Source of the DNA: Bacilli bacterium
GTDB lineage: Bacteria > Bacillota_I > Bacilli_A > RFN20 > DUOF01
Assembly: GCA_045119835.1 (NCBI GenBank)
Contig: JBGVED010000022.1
Location: 27,646-51,645, forward strand
Reading direction: 5' to 3'
DNA: 24,000 bases
Below, in pieces: positions 9,002 through 13,828 of this stretch. Under the pieces are notes generated by a model that saw only the letters and a program-made list of their open reading frames with translations, searched no databases and was not told the DNA's origin. The position numbers and the translations under genes are program-made. The first letter of the stretch is position 1, and each line of letters opens with the position of its first letter.

Positions 9002-9043
9002 ACCCATGTTCATCATAATTAAATTTTTATGATGAACATGGGT
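9002..9043. promoter_or_regulatory. Perfect 17-bp inverted repeat ACCCATGTTCATCATAA(8 nt)TTATGATGAACATGGGT
   Basis: Read directly. Lies 65-106 bp upstream of the fibre start in the divergent control region. No flanking U-run in either orientation, so operator or activator site is favoured over terminator. Confidence 0.5.
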
Positions 9044-9056
9044 CTTCTTCTATACT

Positions 9057-9235
9057 ATATTTTATATAGCTTTGTGAAAAAATTAACAATCCTATATAGA
9101 GGATAAAAATTTATATTATTTTATATAGAATTTCACTGGAAAAGTTTTCCTATATAGGAGGTGAAAAATTTGAATTTTTTATTCGGGATTACAGATTATG
9201 GAAGATCTATATATAGAACTAAAATTTTGAATTTT
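9057..9235. repeat. Three tandem ~58-bp AT-rich repeats in the divergent region
   Basis: TTTTATATAG at 9060 and 9119. CCTATATAG at 9091 and 9149, plus CTATATATAG at 9207. AAAAATTT-type tracts at 9104, 9164 and 9220. TTTGAATTTTTTAT at 9169 and 9226. Spacings are 57-59 bp. Confidence 0.55.
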
Positions 9236-9260
9236 TTATGAAGGTACCTATTTATTGATA

Positions 9261-9352
9261 TAGTGTGTTAAGGCTCTATTTTGGAGCCCCCACCCTGTTA
9301 AGGTCTGGGACACACTAGGAGAGAATGATCCGTAGGGTGATTATTGCTCTCC
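9261..9352 (+). promoter_or_regulatory. GC-rich structured 5' leader of the 9412 gene
   Basis: Closing stem TAGTGTGT (9261-9268)/ACACACTA (9310-9317) encloses GGCTC/GAGCC (9272-9276/9284-9288) and CCCA/TGGG (9289-9292/9306-9309). A second domain is GGAGAG/CTCTCC (9318-9323/9347-9352). TGTTAAGG occurs twice. Confidence 0.45.
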
Positions 9353-9411
9353 ACATACTAGCATGATTGGATCAATGGGCAACGTCCCACCACATGCATT
9401 GGAGGTATGTT

Positions 9412-10122
9412 ATGATGAAAACTAAAAGATATGAATGTACAGGTGAAGGTGTAGTGCGCCTTATGAAACAACATAATGTTTCTGAGGTAACACTAATCTC
9501 TAAATACCTATGTCGTTGTATTAAAACTACTACTCGTTCTATTGAGTACTTCGATTTAAGAAGTTTTTCTTGGTACGATGTAACTGTTAATATATATAGC
9601 AATGGGTATACTGAGATACATGTATTCAACAACTTAGATACTAAGTGTGAAATATGTGCTCCTGCTGTACAATACTGTGATGAATTACCTAAACCTATAG
9701 GGTTCGATAATAGATACTACTTCCATGGAACTATGGCTTATAACCATTGTACTTTAGAAGAGGGTGTACAAAGAATCCTAGATGTTAAGGATAACTCATC
9801 ATGGCAAATATGCTGCTCTACAAGACACCTTGGACCATGTGGAATCATAGTAAAAGGTGATGTCATAGCAGTGTCTAATATCGATCTATGCTCTGATATA
9901 GACGATAATGGACGCAGATACTATGATGCACGTCATTGGAGAGCAAATAGTATGGTCTATAGTCTTAAAGACATAGACAATACTAAGTGGCATCACAACG
10001 AAATAATTGTGAAAGACCACTATATAGCAGCTCTATGGGTGAGTAGAGACGCACCTGTAGCAGTTATTACAGCTATCGAAGATTTGGCTAAAAAGCTAAA
10101 TCTAAGATGGATGTATGTGTAA
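9412..10122 (+). CDS. Paralog-family protein 1 (236 aa), FHG...CST[RK]...NEII motif set (possible ART fold)
   Basis: ORF-track ORF trimmed to the ATG at 9412 (GGAGG 6 nt upstream). The C-terminal ~130 aa align by eye with the 11542..12039 protein: YFHGT / ICCSTRHLGPCGIIVKGDVIAVSNIDLCSDIDDNGRRYYD / NEIIVKD...LAKKLNL. Confidence 0.8.
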   Translation: MMKTKRYECTGEGVVRLMKQHNVSEVTLISKYLCRCIKTTTRSIEYFDLRSFSWYDVTVNIYSNGYTEIHVFNNLDTKCEICAPAVQYCDELPKPIGFDNRYYFHGTMAYNHCTLEEGVQRILDVKDNSSWQICCSTRHLGPCGIIVKGDVIAVSNIDLCSDIDDNGRRYYDARHWRANSMVYSLKDIDNTKWHHNEIIVKDHYIAALWVSRDAPVAVITAIEDLAKKLNLRWMYV

Positions 10123-10627
10123 TCCGTCAGTCCTGAGTAAGACTATAAACTACTCCCCTATATATATAGGGTATGTCTAATGCAGCCACCTATATGGTGC
10201 AGGTCACAAGCCCTGGTAAATGCAGAGTGGACATAGGAGTTAATGCTTCTCCTCTATCAAAAAGCTAACCTAACCAATTTAAAATGAGTCGGGCTGCCAA
10301 GGCCCCTTAAACTTGGCCAGTTGTCAGTACTGATAGTATGAACTGACTGGGTTTTGTTCTCAATTCTTTCCCATCAAAAAAGGAATTGTCTGCCTAATCA
10401 GGACCGACCAAGTCCCTAAACTGGCGGGTGTATAGCATTAGGCTATCCCCTATAACAAATGATAAAGGTGCATGAGATAGCTCTTCGGTTAGGGCTGGCA
10501 CTGTTCTTGGTTAGGTACCAGTACTACTACGATAGGTTGTGCCAGTGCCATACCGTCAATACATAAACCACATTGACATAGGGTTTAATGTGCTTATGTA
10601 TAAAATAAACTATATAGGGGTGTTTAT
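10123..10627 (+). ncRNA. Candidate large (~500 nt) structured non-coding RNA / GC-rich ORF-free island
   Basis: No ORF of 60 aa or more on either strand, and clearly more GC-rich than the flanking genes. Local helices: 10156-10171 (CCCTAT/ATAGGG), 10172-10177/10230-10235, 10294-10320 (CTGCCAAG/CTTGGCCAG with one bulge), 10324-10328/10342-10346 (TCAGT/ACTGA), 10392-10398/10437-10443 (GCCTAAT/ATTAGGC) enclosing GGAC/GTCC, 10496-10503/10543-10550 (TGGCACTG/CAGTGCCA), 10555-10560/10572-10577 (GTCAAT/ATTGAC). Strand inferred from neighbouring genes. Confidence 0.4.
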
Positions 10628-11416
10628 ATGTATAACAAATTAAGATCTGTAATATTATTAGCTTATAAAAAAGAGATATGTAGAAGAGAAATACTAGATT
10701 GTGATGCTAGAGAAGACATAGAAAATGATATAAATGATATCATAGAATCTAGTTTACGCAATTATGTAGATCAAAGTGAACATTTCTCTAGACCTAAACG
10801 ATTAGTATATGACGATACTTGTGCTCCTATTAATGCTTATGGTTATTATATGCATATGATAGATCTAATAACATTAGATGAAAATTTAAGATGTTTTTAT
10901 TCAATGGCTTCTCTTAATTTTCTTGAAACATTAAAAGTAAGCGTTAATACATTCTTACATGAACATCGTCATTGTCATCAATACAAAACTAACATGGATA
11001 TATTAAACCATCCACTATCTAATAAAAATAATCCTGAGTATGTATATGCAAATAGTCCTCTAGAATTAGATGCTAATAAATATGCAGATATGTATGAATT
11101 AGAAGCAGTAGAATGGATTATAGATAGTATAGAATCATGGTTTGATGTTAAATACACTAAAGATATAGTAGAAGCTGATATTAGAGATGATGTAAGAGCA
11201 GCTATAGAAAACTACTATAATAATTTACCTGAAGAAGAAATAGAAAATAGTTTAGCTGAAATGGAAGAAGAATTAGAAGAATACGAAATGACACAAGCTA
11301 TGTTATCTATGCTAGATGATGATGAAGAAGATGAAATAGAAGAAATAACAATAGATCCAGATGAAGACATAAAAGAATGGTTTAGACAATATGAAGAACA
11401 ATTTGGTGAATGGTAG
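10628..11416 (+). CDS. ImmA/IrrE-like (M78-type) HExxH zinc metallopeptidase with a hyper-acidic C-terminal tail (262 aa)
   Basis: AGGGGTG SD lies 5 nt upstream. HEHRH at aa 111-115, followed 31 aa later by E-L-D-A-N-K-Y-A, matching the family's HExxH...ExxANxFA signature. aa ~195-262 are Glu/Asp-rich and end in EEQFGEW. Confidence 0.6.
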   Translation: MYNKLRSVILLAYKKEICRREILDCDAREDIENDINDIIESSLRNYVDQSEHFSRPKRLVYDDTCAPINAYGYYMHMIDLITLDENLRCFYSMASLNFLETLKVSVNTFLHEHRHCHQYKTNMDILNHPLSNKNNPEYVYANSPLELDANKYADMYELEAVEWIIDSIESWFDVKYTKDIVEADIRDDVRAAIENYYNNLPEEEIENSLAEMEEELEEYEMTQAMLSMLDDDEEDEIEEITIDPDEDIKEWFRQYEEQFGEW

Positions 11417-11422
11417 TATATA

Positions 11423-11449
11423 GGGCTCATAATAATATGGGCCCTTTTT
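11423..11449 (+). terminator. Intrinsic terminator
   Basis: GGGCTCATA-ATAA-TATGGGCCC (9 bp with one G.U) followed by TTTTT, 7 nt after the stop. Confidence 0.75.
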
Positions 11450-11460
11450 ATGTTTTAAAT

Positions 11461-11519
11461 AATCTGTCCAGGTGTAGATGCCTGCTGATGAGTCTTTGCA
11501 AATTAAGACGAAACAGATT
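11461..11519 (+). promoter_or_regulatory. Structured 5' leader (three-way-junction-like) of the 11542 gene
   Basis: Closing stem AATCTGT/ACAGATT (11461-11467/11513-11519) encloses CAGG/CCTG (11469-11472/11481-11484) and GTCTT/AAGAC (11492-11496/11505-11509). Confidence 0.4.
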
Positions 11520-11541
11520 AAATATATTGGGAGGTTTTACT

Positions 11542-12039
11542 ATGAGTAAAATATATGTAAAAGATTATTATCAAATGAATAAAGGATTATTTGAAAACTT
11601 TGAAGATAAAAAATTCTTTCATGGGTTTGGCGCATTCTTTGCGTCAAAAACACCATTAGAAAGAAAATTCACAAGATTAATAGAAGATACAAATGAAGAA
11701 TTCGAAATATGTACATCAACTAAAGCTTGCGGTATGAGTGGAGTCATAGTGCAAGGTAGAGTATTATTAGCTGCAAATTCTGATTTATGTTCAGGAATAA
11801 ATGCTAATGGTAGATACTTTGATTCTAAACAATTAGATGAATTAGTATTCGACTTTAATGATTTAGAATTATGGGAGGATGATTGCGAAGAAAATAATGA
11901 AATCATCCTAGATCATGTACAAGTAGTAGGTATATGGTATTGTGAAGATGCTAACAACAATGTTAAAGCTTTATGTAAACGTTTAGCTGAATTATATAAT
12001 CTACCATTAATAAATGCTGGTCTAAGCATATTTAATTAA
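11542..12039 (+). CDS. Paralog-family protein 2 (165 aa), FHG...CTSTK...NEII motif set
   Basis: GGGAGG lies 7 nt upstream of the ATG at 11542. The track's upstream extension from 11410 overlaps the terminator and leader. Alignable with the 9412 protein: FFHGF / ICTSTKACGMSGVIVQGRVLLAANSDLCSGINANGRYFD / NEIILDH...LAELYNL. Confidence 0.8.
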   Translation: MSKIYVKDYYQMNKGLFENFEDKKFFHGFGAFFASKTPLERKFTRLIEDTNEEFEICTSTKACGMSGVIVQGRVLLAANSDLCSGINANGRYFDSKQLDELVFDFNDLELWEDDCEENNEIILDHVQVVGIWYCEDANNNVKALCKRLAELYNLPLINAGLSIFN

Positions 12040-12064
12040 GAGCTCTAATTATTAGGGCTCTTTT
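12038..12064 (+). terminator. Intrinsic terminator overlapping the stop codon
   Basis: AAGAGCTC-TAATTATTA-GGGCTCTT (8 bp with one G.U) followed by TT. Confidence 0.6.
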
Positions 12065-12077
12065 ACATCTTTGTTTA

Positions 12078-12167
12078 ATATTTCTATAGTTTTTTTATTT
12101 TTTTTACTATTTGTTCAAACGAGAGCGCACCTAAGTACTCTCTATTTTTACATATAACTAAAGATAA
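12078..12167 (+). promoter_or_regulatory. Cassette intergenic repeat, copy 1 (promoter-like block)
   Basis: ATTTCTATAGTTTTTTTATTTTTTTTAC...CGAGAGCGCACCT...TTTACATATAACTAAAGATAAA. Shared almost verbatim with 12799-12887 and partly with 13580-13650. CGAGAGCGC core at 12120-12128. Confidence 0.5.
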
Positions 12168-12208
12168 ATAATTAAAATAAAATAATTATTATTACAGGGG
12201 GTTTAGTT

Positions 12209-12769
12209 ATGAGTAAAAAATTAAATAAAATGGTATCTAGTGGTTTAATAATAACAACTGTATTATCAAGTACAACAACTAAAGTTGAAGCAGATGCAGC
12301 AGCAGTATTAGAAATAGCAAATGAAACAGCTATGGTATGTCCATATGTGGCACCACTAGTAGTAACAGGCTCATTAGTAGTGACTGGTATCACTACTATA
12401 ATTGGTATTAAAAATAACAATACAGAAGAATATATCTATCGTAGTTATAGTCATCTTCCAGATCACTGGAAGAAGAATACTTGGGTTGAAAAACTTAACC
12501 CAAACGGTAGGGTGATTCAGCGTAGATATTATGGATCTGATGGTCTTCCAGTTGTTGATTATGATTTAACTCACCATGGTTTCCCAGAGGATCATCCTAA
12601 AAACTTCGGTGGAGCTCATAAACATTTATATAATAATCAAGCTAGAAGAATAAAAGATAGAAGACAAAAGGGTATTGAAATGACTCAAGAAGAATACGAC
12701 AAGTATATAAAAAACTTTAATGAATACGCAGAAAAAATGAAGGTTAGATATATAGAGGATGCTAAATAG
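12209..12769 (+). CDS. Membrane/secreted protein with a His-rich C-terminal motif (186 aa)
   Basis: AGGGGG SD. N-terminal hydrophobic segments (GLIITTVLSS; VAPLVVTGSLVVTGITTIIGI). C-terminal IQRRYYGSDGLPVVDYDLTHHGFPEDHPKNFGGAHKHLY aligns with the 18053..18439 protein. Confidence 0.8.
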   Translation: MSKKLNKMVSSGLIITTVLSSTTTKVEADAAAVLEIANETAMVCPYVAPLVVTGSLVVTGITTIIGIKNNNTEEYIYRSYSHLPDHWKKNTWVEKLNPNGRVIQRRYYGSDGLPVVDYDLTHHGFPEDHPKNFGGAHKHLYNNQARRIKDRRQKGIEMTQEEYDKYIKNFNEYAEKMKVRYIEDAK

Positions 12770-12787
12770 TAGCATCCTTTCTTTGTA
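12754..12787 (+). terminator. Intrinsic terminator with the stop codon in its loop
   Basis: AGGATGCTA-AATAG-TAGCATCCT followed by TTCTTT. The TAG stop (12767-12769) is in the loop. Confidence 0.65.
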
Positions 12788-12798
12788 TTCCTATGATT

Positions 12799-12887
12799 AT
12801 ATTTCTATAGTTTTTTTATTTTTTTTACATGTTGTACACTCGAGAGCGCACCTTATTGTGCTCTCATTTACATATAACTAATGATAA
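12799..12887 (+). promoter_or_regulatory. Cassette intergenic repeat, copy 2
   Basis: Same block as copy 1. CGAGAGCGC at 12841-12849, inside hairpin GAGAGC/GCTCTC. TTTACATATAACTAATGATAAA follows. Confidence 0.5.
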
Positions 12888-12927
12888 AACAATGTAGAGA
12901 ATAATAAATTATAAAGGGGATATAGAT

Positions 12928-13557
12928 ATGAGTAAAAAAGATATAGAAAGATTAAAAAATATGAAGAAACAAAATAATATGAAGAATCAAATGACTAGAC
13001 AAGAAAAAATACAAAGTATAGAAAATTTAGAAAAGAAATTAGCTGACATGTTTAATCAACGTAGTGAAGAAGAATTAAGAAGTATAATAGAAAGACACAA
13101 AAGAAATCAATCAGTTATATATTTTAACGATCATGACAAAGCATTTCAATTTTTAAGAAATAATGATTATAGTGTAGACATATTAGGTACAGTAAGTGAA
13201 GTTAGCAAAATAAGAAATGTAAATGGTGTAAGAACTATGTGTCTAGAAAATATATATATGGTAGCTGTTGAAAATGATAACGTTTGTATATGCGTTGACC
13301 ATATATGGATGAATGAAGAATTATCATGGACAATACTAAAGAATATATTGAAATATCCTGGTAAGGCTGGATATGAAATATTTATCAATAGATTAAAGCC
13401 AATAAAATATACAGAAGAATATTACAACAATGGAGTTGAAAAACACAGATATCAATTAACACAATTAACTAAAAAGAAAAGAATTGCTTGGGTTCAAAAA
13501 GTACAAAGAGCCAATGGAATAACAATGTCAGTAGAAAAAATAGCAGAAATATTATAG
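12928..13557 (+). CDS. Hypothetical protein, basic coiled N-terminus (209 aa)
   Basis: AAGGGGA SD lies 7 nt upstream. No recognised motif. Confidence 0.8.
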   Translation: MSKKDIERLKNMKKQNNMKNQMTRQEKIQSIENLEKKLADMFNQRSEEELRSIIERHKRNQSVIYFNDHDKAFQFLRNNDYSVDILGTVSEVSKIRNVNGVRTMCLENIYMVAVENDNVCICVDHIWMNEELSWTILKNILKYPGKAGYEIFINRLKPIKYTEEYYNNGVEKHRYQLTQLTKKKRIAWVQKVQRANGITMSVEKIAEIL

Positions 13558-13584
13558 GGTCCTTTATTTTAAGGACTCTTTTTC
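13558..13584 (+). terminator. Intrinsic terminator
   Basis: GGTCCTT-TATTTT-AAGGACT (7 bp with one G.U) followed by CTTTTTC. Confidence 0.6.
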
Positions 13585-13650
13585 TATTTTTATAGTTTTT
13601 TTATTTTTTTTACATGGTGCGCACTCGAGAGCGCATCTAATTACATATTC
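13580..13650 (+). promoter_or_regulatory. Cassette intergenic repeat, copy 3 (diverged 3' half)
   Basis: TTTTTATAGTTTTTTTATTTTTTTTACA, then the near-palindrome GCGCACTCGAGAGCGC (CGAGAGCGC at 13626-13634), then TTACATATTCA. Confidence 0.45.
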
Positions 13651-13755
13651 ATGGACCAATCCATGTGAGGTCCTTAAATAACATCATGGAACCCGATCCA
13701 GTTTTTAATGTGGGGGTTGTCTGTCATCCCATCCCAAAAACAGTCAAATACCAAT

Positions 13756-13806
13756 ATGGGGTTAGGGTTGAACCTCGGTCAAAAACCCATGTGTAGTCTT
13801 ACACAT
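13756..13806 (+). promoter_or_regulatory. Conserved two-hairpin leader motif, copy 1 (upstream of the polymerase gene)
   Basis: ATGGGGTTA-GGGTT-GAACCTCGGTCAAA-AACCC-ATGTG-TAGTCTTA-CACAT. Paralogous to 15942-15992, with compensatory changes in both stems. AAGGAGGG SD and the ATG follow within 25 nt. Confidence 0.6.
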
Positions 13807-13828
13807 TAGCTCAAGGAGGGCAAATATC

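Noticed and set aside
9170-9241. 23-codon micro-ORF (TTG start) behind the strong AGGAGGTG at 9156-9163
   Set aside because: The SD-like sequence is one copy of a tandem DNA repeat whose sister copy reads ATAGAGGATA. The 'peptide' begins and ends with the same repeat-derived NFL. It is probably fortuitous, though a leader peptide cannot be excluded.
10123-10627. Group I/II intron, tRNA, tmRNA or RNase P RNA in the 500-nt island
   Set aside because: The flanking ORFs are complete and unrelated, so there is no split gene. I see no T-loop GTTCRANNC, no cloverleaf and no RNase P or tmRNA conserved boxes. A formal Rfam scan is still needed.
11410-11541. N-terminal extensions offered by the ORF track (11410, 9367, 15994, 17706, 20024, 21793, 22595, 23479, 4293, 5316)
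   Set aside because: Each extension runs through a terminator, structured leader or the SD itself. An internal ATG with a well-spaced AGGAGG-type SD is the better start.
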